From positions 1 through 64,000 of the IMG/VR virus record IMGVR_UViG_3300030107_008258: a DNA stretch of 64,000 nt. One strand, 5' to 3'. The notes under the pieces were generated by a model that saw only the letters and a program-made list of their open reading frames with translations, made no database searches and was not told where the DNA came from. Made by a program: the position numbers and the translations under genes. This DNA comes from a virus. Positions 17,156 through 26,964 of the stretch are shown here, in pieces (within the stretch, counting starts at the first letter, position 1; each line of letters starts with the position of its first letter).

Positions 17156-18240
17156 TTTATAGTTAAGGCATTCCTAAACTTGTTAAATAAAAAAGCAGTA
17201 ACCTCAGGGTTCTTCTCAAGATATTTTACAAAGTTATCTTTCCCTTGGTGCTTTGGCTCCATTTCAATTTTATTAGTTTTTAATTCTTCTATTACTGAAT
17301 CGTCTACAATTATCCAAGCTCCTTTACTATCAATCATCTCCCATTGGCTCATGAAACCGTAGACTTCATATTCTACCCACACACTTTTGCCTCCAATTCT
17401 ACCATACTTGATAGGATACTTAACTGTTTCTCCGGTTCTCTCGTTAGCGCTTTTTCGAAAAGTAACTTTACATAGATGGCCCTCGGGTTTATCTGCTTTA
17501 GCTGGAATTAAATCTCCTCCATACCTTGGTTGGAATTCAAGAATCCAGTCTGAATAATGCAGTAATGCATTTCCGCCAGAAGCGTTAGTAAGTTTAGGAT
17601 CAGTTTTTTCGTATTGATTAACGCTAACCTTGCTTCTAACCTGAGAAATCATAAAGCAGATATGACCTTTCGTCGAAAGGCCTAAAGCCATTTTCTTTAA
17701 AAAGGTAGAGCTTAGAACAGAGCCTCCCGCTACTTTATCTGGATCGTCAAAACCTTTCTCAAGGTCTTTTTTAGGAACCATTGCGTCCATAGAGTCGATA
17801 ATGAAGAAATACCTACAGTCGGTAGGATTATTCATAATTAACTCCCTCATTAATTGAAGAACGCTCTCAAAAATATTACTTTTATACACAAACCATTTTT
17901 CTGAAGAAGTGTCCACTCCTGATCGTTCTATCATTTCAGGAGAAAGCCTACCTTCTGATTTTATATAAATCACCATACTATTTTCAACGCTCTGTTGAAA
18001 ATTACGAGCAAAAGAAAGTGCGCAGGAAGTTTTTCCTCCCTCTGAAACTCCGGATGCTCGTATTATCCCCGGGCGAATCCCTCCTGACATTTCATTGTCC
18101 AAAAGAAGACTTCCGCTTGAGACAATGTAATGGGGCTCTTTCTCAAAGTTAAAATGCTCATCCTTGTGGTCTTTAAGGTAGCTTTGAATCTGGTCGGTAG
18201 GGGTAAATGAATCAGTTATTGTTTTCTTTTTTGCTGCCAT
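17152..18240 (-). CDS. recA: RecA/UvsX recombinase
   Basis: Walker A GVSEGGKTS, IIDS, ISQVR, SGGNAL. Confidence 0.88.
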   Translation of the reverse strand: MAAKKKTITDSFTPTDQIQSYLKDHKDEHFNFEKEPHYIVSSGSLLLDNEMSGGIRPGIIRASGVSEGGKTSCALSFARNFQQSVENSMVIYIKSEGRLSPEMIERSGVDTSSEKWFVYKSNIFESVLQLMRELIMNNPTDCRYFFIIDSMDAMVPKKDLEKGFDDPDKVAGGSVLSSTFLKKMALGLSTKGHICFMISQVRSKVSVNQYEKTDPKLTNASGGNALLHYSDWILEFQPRYGGDLIPAKADKPEGHLCKVTFRKSANERTGETVKYPIKYGRIGGKSVWVEYEVYGFMSQWEMIDSKGAWIIVDDSVIEELKTNKIEMEPKHQGKDNFVKYLEKNPEVTAFLFNKFRNALTIK

Positions 18241-18598
18241 ATTTAATGAAATCTTTTACTGTTCGGATTTTTTTAGGAATACGTTTGTCCTCTTGTTGTT
18301 TAACGTCTGCTAAATCATATTTCCTTGGGGGCTTTAAGTCAAGACAAAATTTAGCATACTCTATTTTTAAATAAGCTTCGCCTTGCTCCCCAATAAAAAA
18401 AGATAAACTATCCATGGCAAACTTCAGAGGTAGCGCTTCCCAAAAAGGACGCAAAGGGTACTTTTCAATTAATTGTTTAGTAAATTTCATTTCTTTGGCC
18501 ACTACACCTTTATTTTTCCAAATAATATTAGCATTATTTAAAAATTTATTAATAATGAACTGGTTTAAGGTTTGCCGCCGTTTCCTTTTAGCCGCCAT
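18212..18598 (-). CDS. hypothetical protein
   Basis: ATG at 18598; the ORF-track TTG start coincides with a -35 box. Confidence 0.6.
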   Translation of the reverse strand: MAAKRKRRQTLNQFIINKFLNNANIIWKNKGVVAKEMKFTKQLIEKYPLRPFWEALPLKFAMDSLSFFIGEQGEAYLKIEYAKFCLDLKPPRKYDLADVKQQEDKRIPKKIRTVKDFIKYGSKKENNN

Positions 18599-18605
18599 GA
18601 AATAT

Positions 18606-18634
18606 AGAATAGGAAACAGGGGGAGGAAAGTCAA
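18606..18634 (-). promoter_or_regulatory. sigma70-type promoter, probably leaderless
   Basis: TTGACT-17 bp-TATTCT, 7 nt before ATG. Confidence 0.6.
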
Positions 18635-18669
18635 GTCTAGTATTTTTGAAAAACTTGAAAGGAGGGGGC

Positions 18670-19722
18670 TCAGGGGGAAAAAGCTCGTTTTTTCTCTATT
18701 TCAAGGTCCTTCTCCACCATTCTTTTCACTAAATCGTTAAAAGAATACTTAGGTTTCCATCCTAACTCTTGACGGATAGGATTAGAGTCTCCATAAAGTA
18801 AATCTACCTCTGCTGGACGATAAAACTCTTCGTTTATTTCGGCTAAAATTTTATTTTCTTGAAAAATTCTAAATTTTTCATTTAATCCTTCACCGCTCCA
18901 TAAACCAGCGATCCCTGCTTCTTGAAAAGCTAGCGACACAAATTCTTTGACACTATGAGTTTCATTGCTAGACAGCACATATTCTTTCGGCTCCTCTTGG
19001 TTAAGCATTAGCCAAACTGCTCTTACGAAATCTTCAGAGTCCGACCAGTCCCTCTTGGCATTTACGTTACCAAGCTGAAGTGGCCGGAACTCCTTACCTT
19101 GGTCGATTGCCGCCTTGATAGCAGCAACTCCCTTAGTAATTTTTCTTGTTACGAATTCCTCTCCTCTCCTTATTCCTTCGTGATTAAAAAGAATACTATG
19201 AACCGCAAAAAGATTGTAAGATTCCCGATAAACTTTTACAAGGTGGCGGGATGCAGCTTTAGAAGCTCCGTAGGGGCTTCGTGGCTTAATTGGGTGATTA
19301 ATGTCCTGTGGGCTGTAATCAACATTTCCTAACTCCTCGGAGCTTCCGGCGCTATAAAATCGACAATCAGACTTGAATTTTCTAATCGCTTCCAAACATC
19401 GAATTACTCCTAATGTGTTGACATCGAAAACCTGAAGCGGCATGTCCCAGCTGCAACCTACAAAAGAATTAGCGCCAAAATTAATGAAGTAATCTGGCTT
19501 AATTTCTTTTACTAATTTATCAATGGAAATGTCATCCGTTAAATCTCCATAGACTAATTTAAAATTGGGATGGTTTTCAAATTCTTTTACGTTACCTTTG
19601 TTTACGTTAGAAGTTCGACGCATCATACCGTAAATTTTTATATCCTCTTGAAGAGATAAAAGGTATTCGGCCATATTCGCACCGTCTTGACCCAGTATGC
19701 CTGTTATAATTACATTTTTCAT
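18670..19722 (-). CDS. gmd: GDP-mannose 4,6-dehydratase
   Basis: TGILGQDG, PRSPYGASK, LFNHE, RGEEFVTRKIT, RPAEVDLL. Confidence 0.95.
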   Translation of the reverse strand: MKNVIITGILGQDGANMAEYLLSLQEDIKIYGMMRRTSNVNKGNVKEFENHPNFKLVYGDLTDDISIDKLVKEIKPDYFINFGANSFVGCSWDMPLQVFDVNTLGVIRCLEAIRKFKSDCRFYSAGSSEELGNVDYSPQDINHPIKPRSPYGASKAASRHLVKVYRESYNLFAVHSILFNHEGIRRGEEFVTRKITKGVAAIKAAIDQGKEFRPLQLGNVNAKRDWSDSEDFVRAVWLMLNQEEPKEYVLSSNETHSVKEFVSLAFQEAGIAGLWSGEGLNEKFRIFQENKILAEINEEFYRPAEVDLLYGDSNPIRQELGWKPKYSFNDLVKRMVEKDLEIEKKRAFSP

Positions 19723-20510
19723 TTGTGCTTAGAGTTATTTTTATAATAAAATTCACTTTTTAGAGACGCCATTATTAAAACATCGCATTCACTTGTTCCA
19801 ACAATGTCATGAGTCTTCTTAATAAGATTTAAAATCTCACTATATTTTGAGTCTTCTTTACGATAATGAAGTTCTAGCAAAATAAATTTAAAAATAGAAA
19901 GATCTTTATCTATTAAGAAATCGTATTCAGCACCCTCTATATCGCACTTTAATAATTCTATGGGGTCTTGACACTTTTCACAATAATATTTTTCCCTTAT
20001 TTGGTCATAGGTAATTGTGGGTACATGAGCTACGAGATTTTTTTCTACATGGTTGTCCGATAGGTATATACTGCAGTCTCCGGGGCAATTATTTAAATGG
20101 TTATAGATGGGAACCTTAATTCCTTCAGTTCCATGACACGCTTTATTTTCAAAAACACAACTTTGGTATAAATTATAATTGTAAGTTCCATCGATAGGGT
20201 TGGGGAGGTCTGTCTTTTTTTCGTCCTTAAGGAATTTCCGGAACTTTCGTTCTTTTTGCTGCTCAGCGATATTGTACTCAGATACGTTTTGTAGTGCGTG
20301 TTTAGAAAAGGAAAGGTTTAGAGGATTTGCTTCATAGCAAATGTATCTATCAAATCGTGCATTAAAAACAGTAGGAAAACCTCCAACACAACTTCCGCAA
20401 TCTATAACGGTGCCTCCCCTACAATTTACAGGAAGAATCCAAGAATCTTTTATTTCATCGCATACCTCATTAAACCATTTACAGTAAAACTCTATTTGCT
20501 CGGCTTTCAT
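19719..20510 (-). CDS. FkbM-family methyltransferase
   Basis: IDCGSCVG, YEAN, LKCDIEGAE. Confidence 0.75.
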   Translation of the reverse strand: MKAEQIEFYCKWFNEVCDEIKDSWILPVNCRGGTVIDCGSCVGGFPTVFNARFDRYICYEANPLNLSFSKHALQNVSEYNIAEQQKERKFRKFLKDEKKTDLPNPIDGTYNYNLYQSCVFENKACHGTEGIKVPIYNHLNNCPGDCSIYLSDNHVEKNLVAHVPTITYDQIREKYYCEKCQDPIELLKCDIEGAEYDFLIDKDLSIFKFILLELHYRKEDSKYSEILNLIKKTHDIVGTSECDVLIMASLKSEFYYKNNSKHK

Positions 20511-20511
20511 T

Positions 20512-21468
20512 TTAATTTTTAAAAATACAAGTAGTTCCTTCGATATCTAATTTAAAATTAAGCGCTCTACCGTTGAATTTTTTTTTAATTTTTTTATTAG
20601 TATCGGGGTCGGAAATACTCAAAAGAAACCCGCTCCCTCCTGCTCCAAGCAGCTTAACTGACTTGGACCCAAGGCTTCTAAGAGATGCTTCTATTGAGTC
20701 TATTTCTTCAGTGGAAATATGCGGAGAAATGTTTTTTTTCTCCAGCCATGAATCATTGATTAATGACATTATAGAATCCAGATCCTCCCTGCAAAAAAAG
20801 GAGTAAGCTTCCCGGGCGTATTTCAGAATGCGCGATTTATTTTGACTTTTATGTTTATGAGAATCTGCAGCCGCAGTCCCCTTCCTTTCGGACTTTACAT
20901 ATATTAAAGATATACAACTAAGAAAATAATCTTTAAATTCTTGTGTGAGAGGCAACGGCTTGACGTGAAAGTCTCCATTTTTAAATATCTCTATACTATT
21001 GAACCCTCCGTAAGAAGCTGCTATTTGATCCTGAATGCCGCCGCTTTCTTGAAGAATTTTTCTTTCAACATTTATAGCGCTTTGAGCTATTTGTTTTTTT
21101 GATAAAAAAGTCCCGTGTAGGTAATTTAATGCCGAAATAAGTGCGCAACAACACGAAGACGATCCGCCCAAACCAGTTCTCGCTGGAATGTCTGAAAAAA
21201 AATTAACGTCAAGAGTACGTTTGGAGACGTTATATTTTTTAATAGTTTCCCTTAGGAGAGGATTGGAAAGTTTATTTATGTCAGTTAAAACCTGACTAGA
21301 AATTGCGTGCTCTCCTGCTATTATCTCGGGCCTAAATCGGGCGGATATGTAATTATATTTATCTATGGTAGAGCTGATGATAAAAGATCCGTGACGGCTA
21401 TAAAAATCCTCGTAATCAGAAGAACCTCCAAAAAAACTAACTCTGCATGGAGACCTTACTATTACCAT
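20512..21468 (-). CDS. GHMP sugar kinase, HddA-like (heptose-7-phosphate kinase)
   Basis: RVSFFGGSSD, PARTGLGGSS, GIQDQ, KLLGAGGSG. Confidence 0.85.
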   Translation of the reverse strand: MVIVRSPCRVSFFGGSSDYEDFYSRHGSFIISSTIDKYNYISARFRPEIIAGEHAISSQVLTDINKLSNPLLRETIKKYNVSKRTLDVNFFSDIPARTGLGGSSSCCCALISALNYLHGTFLSKKQIAQSAINVERKILQESGGIQDQIAASYGGFNSIEIFKNGDFHVKPLPLTQEFKDYFLSCISLIYVKSERKGTAAADSHKHKSQNKSRILKYAREAYSFFCREDLDSIMSLINDSWLEKKNISPHISTEEIDSIEASLRSLGSKSVKLLGAGGSGFLLSISDPDTNKKIKKKFNGRALNFKLDIEGTTCIFKN

Positions 21469-22484
21469 TATAAATTAGTATGAAGAGTATTTATATTCGG
21501 CACTATGCTATATGCTTTAATTAATTCTTTTATTCCTTCATCCAAGCTAAATTGAGGGCTCCATCCTGTTCCCTCTATCTTGTCGTTGCTAACGATATAA
21601 TTTCTCTTGTCAGGGTCCGAGGCGTAATCACTGGTCTTAATGTCAAACTCTGGGATGTAATTTTGAATTTTTCTACATAACTCTAATTTGGATAAATTAG
21701 CAGCAGAAAGACCGACATTATAAGCCTGCCCCAAAGGGTCAAAATATCTAATATCTCCCTCTATCGAGCCACCCATGTCGACAGAAGGGGCGCTCCGGTA
21801 AAAGTAAGAACATTTACCGTCGGGTGATGGAACGCCTATCATGTGCGTCATTGCGCTTACAACATCTCTAATGTGTATATAATTTCTTTTAAAATTATGT
21901 TCAAAAAGAACAATATACCTATCCGTAATAGCTTTTAATGTAAAATCATTTACGAGAAGGTCTTTTCTGAATCTGTAAGAAGTTCCGAACACGGTAGCTA
22001 ACCTAAGAGAAGTATGCCCCCTACTTAAAATATAATTTTCCGCTTCGCATTTAGTTTTGCCATAAACAGAAATTGGATTAAGCGGCGTTTCTTCAGTACA
22101 GATAGAATCACTTACTCCATAACCACTGTTTGTATTTGGGTAAATTATTCTTTGATCAGTGGAATTCTCAACAATAAATTTGACATGATCGCAGTTTACT
22201 TGTTGAGCCAACGAAGGGTTCTTATCACAAGCTGGAAATCCTACTATGGCCGCCAAAGGGAAAACAACGTTTACTTTATCTAATAAAGTTTTAAGAAGTT
22301 TCTGGTCTCGAACATCTCCGTAAACAAATTCAAATTTAGGAGAATGGCAAAATGCTATACAACTCTCCTGCTTGTATAACAAATTGTCTAAAACATAAAC
22401 TTTTTGCACGTAAGAACTCTCAAGGAGTTTTTCTGTTAGAACCGTGCCAATGTACCCCGCGCCGCCTGTTATTAGTACCTTCAT
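21468..22484 (-). CDS. NAD-dependent epimerase/dehydratase
   Basis: TGGAGYIG, YGKTK. Confidence 0.88.
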   Translation of the reverse strand: MKVLITGGAGYIGTVLTEKLLESSYVQKVYVLDNLLYKQESCIAFCHSPKFEFVYGDVRDQKLLKTLLDKVNVVFPLAAIVGFPACDKNPSLAQQVNCDHVKFIVENSTDQRIIYPNTNSGYGVSDSICTEETPLNPISVYGKTKCEAENYILSRGHTSLRLATVFGTSYRFRKDLLVNDFTLKAITDRYIVLFEHNFKRNYIHIRDVVSAMTHMIGVPSPDGKCSYFYRSAPSVDMGGSIEGDIRYFDPLGQAYNVGLSAANLSKLELCRKIQNYIPEFDIKTSDYASDPDKRNYIVSNDKIEGTGWSPQFSLDEGIKELIKAYSIVPNINTLHTNL

Positions 22485-22485
22485 T

Positions 22486-22794
22486 TTAAAATTTTATTTT
22501 TCCTCTTATTATATCAAAAAGCATCATCCAATCACAAATTTTTGCTTTAATTGGATGTTTAAAAGCTGCTGGAGTGTTCTTTTCAAAGAAAAAGTGACCC
22601 GACCAAGCGAAAGGGTAAACTACAAAAGGAGAAATTGTTAATAAAAATAAAAAATAAGAATTATAACTAAGGCCAAGGTAGGTTATCCCACAGATAAACA
22701 AAATAGTAAAAATCTGCCCAGCTACATGAAATCTTCTGCAAATTTTATTTTTATGCAGGGAAAGGTAATGAGTATAGTATTCTTTAAGAGTCAT
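22486..22794 (-). CDS. DUF962/Mpo1-like membrane protein
   Basis: YLSLH..CRRFH, FAWSGHFFFEKNTPAAF. Confidence 0.75.
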   Translation of the reverse strand: MTLKEYYTHYLSLHKNKICRRFHVAGQIFTILFICGITYLGLSYNSYFLFLLTISPFVVYPFAWSGHFFFEKNTPAAFKHPIKAKICDWMMLFDIIRGKIKF

Positions 22795-23737
22795 TTTTTA
22801 AAATTAATTTTATCCCTTCCTCTAAAGAAGTTTTAGCTTCCCAATTTATAACTTCTTCTGCAGTGGTGCAGTCACAATATTGGCAAAGAATGTCGGGGTC
22901 GATGGGGTTGTCCTTTATTTTTAACTCTATCTCAGGGTTGACGCAATTTTTAATAATCTGCGCTAAATCATAAATAGTTACAGGCTTTGGATAGCCTATG
23001 TTTAAAGGGTCTATGTAATCATTAGCGTCTAAAGCTTCTATCATTTTTAAGGTAGCTTCAACAGCGTCATCAATATAACAAAAAGCCCTTTTTTCCTGAC
23101 CCTCCGTCAATATAGTATATTCTATATCTGGATACTTTTTAGCTCTATCTATCAATACTGGAATTATTGAACCATTAGCTAAATCAGTAGATTGTCTTGG
23201 CCCATATATACCGTTATACCTAGCTATGGCGTACTTAAACTTTCCCTTGCAATAAGAAAGATATTTCTCGGAGCTTAGTTTATTCCAACCGTAAGAAAGG
23301 CTTGGGTCCGCCGGGTAAGCGTCTTCCTCTTTTAAGGGGTTAGCGTTAAGATTTGCCTGTAGAGATTTGGGATAAACATGAGAGCTACTAGCATAAAATA
23401 TTTTTTTTATGCCATAATCTTCAACAGCTTTAAAAACCCTATGGTCTATTTGGGTATTTTTAACTAGGACTTGAAGAGCATTGTCTTGGTAGAAATGATA
23501 GCTTCCAACAGAAGAGGCTAAATGTATTACTATGTCAACCCCTTTGAATATTCGACAATCAAAATCGGTGGACGATAAATCTCGATTAACGGTATGAGCT
23601 TTAGAGTTTAAATATTTCCCTCTTGAAAAATTATCTACAGCAATTACTTCATTATTGCCACAAAAGTAATCGAGTAGATGAGAGCCTATAAACCCCGCTG
23701 CGCCTGTTATTAGTATCTTCTTATTTTTAATATTCAC
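22784..23737 (-). CDS. NAD-dependent epimerase (GDP-mannose 3,5-epimerase-like SDR)
   Basis: TGAAGFIG, LKEEDAYPADP, YGWNK. Confidence 0.8.
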   Translation of the reverse strand: MNIKNKKILITGAAGFIGSHLLDYFCGNNEVIAVDNFSRGKYLNSKAHTVNRDLSSTDFDCRIFKGVDIVIHLASSVGSYHFYQDNALQVLVKNTQIDHRVFKAVEDYGIKKIFYASSSHVYPKSLQANLNANPLKEEDAYPADPSLSYGWNKLSSEKYLSYCKGKFKYAIARYNGIYGPRQSTDLANGSIIPVLIDRAKKYPDIEYTILTEGQEKRAFCYIDDAVEATLKMIEALDANDYIDPLNIGYPKPVTIYDLAQIIKNCVNPEIELKIKDNPIDPDILCQYCDCTTAEEVINWEAKTSLEEGIKLILKNDS

Positions 23738-24650
23738 TCTTGTACCAATCTACTGTCTTCTTCACTCCTTCAAGCAAGGAGGTCGAAGGAACCTCTCCAA
23801 TATCTTTGTAGAACTCAGACATATCATAATACCTTCTATTTTGACCATCTGGCCTAGAGCTATCCCACACTACTTTACCGTCAAAACCAGTTGCAGTAGA
23901 TATGGCTTCAATAAGCTGCTTAATAGTAGTCTCAACTCCTGTTCCTAAATTATAAGGACCGCGCAAATCTTTAACTTCACAGCATTGCAAGATAGCTTTA
24001 CACACATCTTCCACGTAAATAAACTCTCGTGAAGCCTTACCGGTCCCCCAAATTACTACTTCTTCTTTAGCTTCTATAAATTTTCTAACAAGAGCTGGTA
24101 CTACGTGAGATGTTTCGAGGTCAAAGTTGTCGTAAGGCCCATAAAGGTTTGCCGGAATTAGCATGGTAGAATCAAAACCATACTGATCTCTATAAGCCCA
24201 TGATTGAGTAATGAGATTTTTCTTGGCCATTGAATAGCCATAAGAGTTTTTATCAGGAAAGCCATTCCAAAAATCACACTCTTTAAATGGTATTGCTACA
24301 TCTGGATAACCGCATCCTGCCGCCAATCCGACAAACTTTTCCACATTATTCACATAGGCGCTATGAAGAGTATTAATTCCGGCGAGAGCGTTTTGGTAGA
24401 AAAAGTCTCCTAGTCTTGAATTATTTGCTGCTATCCCTCCGACAAGCCCGGCAAGGTGAATGACAATATCAATTTTATTAGAAGCAAAAAAAACTGAAGT
24501 CTCTTCTTGGTTTACTAGGTCTAACTCTTTTCTAGTTGGAGTGATAAGATCACAATCCAAATTTTTAATTAAAGGAAGAAGGTTTCGTCCTACAAAACCA
24601 TGGGCTCCTGTTACCAACACTTTTTTATTATTCCAGTATTCTTTATTCAT
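23727..24650 (-). CDS. fcl: GDP-L-fucose synthase / ColC-like epimerase-reductase
   Basis: VGGIAAN, YSMAK, PANLYGPYDNF, SHVVPAL, WGTGKASREF. Confidence 0.85.
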   Translation of the reverse strand: MNKEYWNNKKVLVTGAHGFVGRNLLPLIKNLDCDLITPTRKELDLVNQEETSVFFASNKIDIVIHLAGLVGGIAANNSRLGDFFYQNALAGINTLHSAYVNNVEKFVGLAAGCGYPDVAIPFKECDFWNGFPDKNSYGYSMAKKNLITQSWAYRDQYGFDSTMLIPANLYGPYDNFDLETSHVVPALVRKFIEAKEEVVIWGTGKASREFIYVEDVCKAILQCCEVKDLRGPYNLGTGVETTIKQLIEAISTATGFDGKVVWDSSRPDGQNRRYYDMSEFYKDIGEVPSTSLLEGVKKTVDWYKSEY

Positions 24651-24660
24651 TATATATATT

Positions 24661-25794
24661 TTATTTTACGCAAAGGGATAAGCTTTCTTTAAGAGCCTTA
24701 CAAATTCTATTTATATCTTCTTCGGTTAAATATTGATGACATCCAATGTGAAGACCATTGTCGCCCACCCATTCAGCTTCAGGAAAATCTCCTAATTTAT
24801 AACCCATATCAGAAAAAGCTAAGTGTTGCGTAGGTATACAGCCAAAATTCCTTTTCCAGTGAATTTTGTATTTATCCATAATGGTTCGAACTATTTTAAT
24901 GTCACTTTCTTTTTTACAAGTAACACTAAAACCATGGGGGCAATTAACATTACCGTCATCTTCTTCAGAAAACCAAGCTACGTTTTCAAATCCGGTACAA
25001 GCATTATGGAATATTTTTAATATTTCTCTTCTTTTATTAAAAGTATCCCAAAATGAAGATATTCCCTCAAGGCCAACTGAAGCCTCCATGTCATTCATTT
25101 TAGAGTTTATGCCTACTCGAGGATGGTCAAAAAATATAGAATTAAACAGTCTTCCGTGAGACCTCGTAGAAGAAAGAACATCAGCGGTGAAACTATCATT
25201 AGTAGAGACCATACCTCCTTCTCCACAAGAAACAATATGAGCTACATAATAACTGTAAACTGACATGTCTCCCCAGTGGCCAATATATTCACCTTTGTAT
25301 TTAGCGCCATGAGCTTCACAAGCATCTTCAATAACAATTAGATTGTGTTTTTTTGCGAGATCGCAAATAGCTTTCATTTCTGCGGGTCTCCCCATTGTGT
25401 GCACCACCATTATCGCTCTTGTCTTGTTCGTTATGGCTTCCTCTATTTTAGACTCATCTATGTTGAGGGTTTCTTTTTTTATATCTACAAATTTTGGTAC
25501 AAAGCCAGCAGCTCTTACAGCGTTAGAGGTAGCTATAAATGAAAGTGCTGGAACAATTATTTCATCTCCCCTTTTAGCTTTCTGAAGATCATATAGGGCT
25601 AGGCATGCATTTATACATGCATCCGTTCCGGAACTCATGGCTACATTTTCTTTGAATCCAAAAAGCTTACCCCACTCTTTCTCAAACTGTTTTACTTTTG
25701 GTCCATTAGAGGCCCAATTTGCATCACAAACATCCATGAGATTCTGCCGAGCAATTTCTCCTATCTTAAGTTCTCCAAATTCTATCCTTTTCAT
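24661..25794 (-). CDS. DegT-family PLP enzyme with His at the catalytic Lys position (ColD/RfbH-like 3-dehydratase)
   Basis: SSGTDA, EDACEAHGA, SYYVAHIVSCGEGG. Confidence 0.8.
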   Translation of the reverse strand: MKRIEFGELKIGEIARQNLMDVCDANWASNGPKVKQFEKEWGKLFGFKENVAMSSGTDACINACLALYDLQKAKRGDEIIVPALSFIATSNAVRAAGFVPKFVDIKKETLNIDESKIEEAITNKTRAIMVVHTMGRPAEMKAICDLAKKHNLIVIEDACEAHGAKYKGEYIGHWGDMSVYSYYVAHIVSCGEGGMVSTNDSFTADVLSSTRSHGRLFNSIFFDHPRVGINSKMNDMEASVGLEGISSFWDTFNKRREILKIFHNACTGFENVAWFSEEDDGNVNCPHGFSVTCKKESDIKIVRTIMDKYKIHWKRNFGCIPTQHLAFSDMGYKLGDFPEAEWVGDNGLHIGCHQYLTEEDINRICKALKESLSLCVK

Positions 25795-25796
25795 AA

Positions 25797-26324
25797 CTAA
25801 CAAAAATCTCCATGTTCTATTATTAACGTTGAAACCCCATCTTCTCTATCAAGCGCTTTTTTATAAGCCGGAAAAACTTCTTCTGCATGAATTAACTCTA
25901 CGACATTTATAGAGTCGCACATATTTTTGAAAGCTTGCGTATAATTAGCTTTATGTTGGTGCCCCGGATCGAGAGGGTATTGTGATCCTACTACTGTTTT
26001 AGTAATTACTTTGGGTTTAGATTCCCCATCTGACATTAACGACCATTTATCTAAATGGTTTATCAATTGATTAGCCGCTAAGATAGCAAAGTTCATGCGA
26101 GGGTATAGAGATATAGGTATTTGCCCTCTTAATGCTAATCCTATACAAAATCCAGCTTGAAAGTCTTCTGCTACCGGCAGTTCAAGAAGTTTTTCACTGG
26201 GAAATTTACTTACCTGATGAGTGATTGCGGTTCCTTTGCAAGCGACAGCTTGACCAACAAAAATAGTCTCGGGATGATTACCTAAGTAATCCATTCCTTT
26301 ATATACTTCTTCTTTATAATTCAT
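25797..26324 (-). CDS. TPP enzyme beta-subunit-like (pyrimidine-binding domain only)
   Basis: ELPVAEDFQAGFCIGLAL, GHQH. Confidence 0.8.
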   Translation of the reverse strand: MNYKEEVYKGMDYLGNHPETIFVGQAVACKGTAITHQVSKFPSEKLLELPVAEDFQAGFCIGLALRGQIPISLYPRMNFAILAANQLINHLDKWSLMSDGESKPKVITKTVVGSQYPLDPGHQHKANYTQAFKNMCDSINVVELIHAEEVFPAYKKALDREDGVSTLIIEHGDFC

Positions 26325-26325
26325 T

Positions 26326-26964
26326 TTAAAACTCTACGAATACCCCGGTCCCGGAATGAGGATAGGTAGTCTCGTAACTATAGTATATTATTTTGAAATT
26401 TTTACATGTGGCACTAAGCTCTTTATAAATCTGATACCATTTTTCCGTGCTTCCTTTCCAAGTTTCTTTCGTGTCCGTGCCTACTGACTTGTTATTATCT
26501 TCAATAACCCATGTAATAGGCAAATCATGATTTAAGGAGTATTTTATTGATTCGCTAGTAATACCTGTAAGAAAGCTCATGTCCCCTATAAAACAATATA
26601 CTCTATTATTTGTAAATGTGTATCGAGATTTTTTAAGATTCCAAGCCGTTCCCACCGCAATTGGACATGTTCCTGACACTATGGCGGAGCTGTAAAAATT
26701 ATGCTTCGGAAAATGAAGAGTAATAGATTTTCCAGCGAGGATCTTTTCTTTAATTTCTTGGCGAGGAATACCTTTTAGCAACGCGTGTAAATGACTGGCC
26801 CACGTAGAGAAAACGTAATCTTCTTTCTTAATGTTGTTATCTTGAAATATCGATATAAGTTGTTTTTCATTATTATTTCTTAAATGTACCGGAGCCTTAA
26901 TTATCCCAGACTCATAAATATCTGCTATTTCTTTTTCAAAATTTATTAAATCGTCTACTGTCAT
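26326..26964 (-). CDS. TPP enzyme alpha-subunit-like (E1 dehydrogenase family, short)
   Basis: APVHL, GDMS...EDNN TPP-binding motif. Confidence 0.8.
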   Translation of the reverse strand: MTVDDLINFEKEIADIYESGIIKAPVHLRNNNEKQLISIFQDNNIKKEDYVFSTWASHLHALLKGIPRQEIKEKILAGKSITLHFPKHNFYSSAIVSGTCPIAVGTAWNLKKSRYTFTNNRVYCFIGDMSFLTGITSESIKYSLNHDLPITWVIEDNNKSVGTDTKETWKGSTEKWYQIYKELSATCKNFKIIYYSYETTYPHSGTGVFVEF

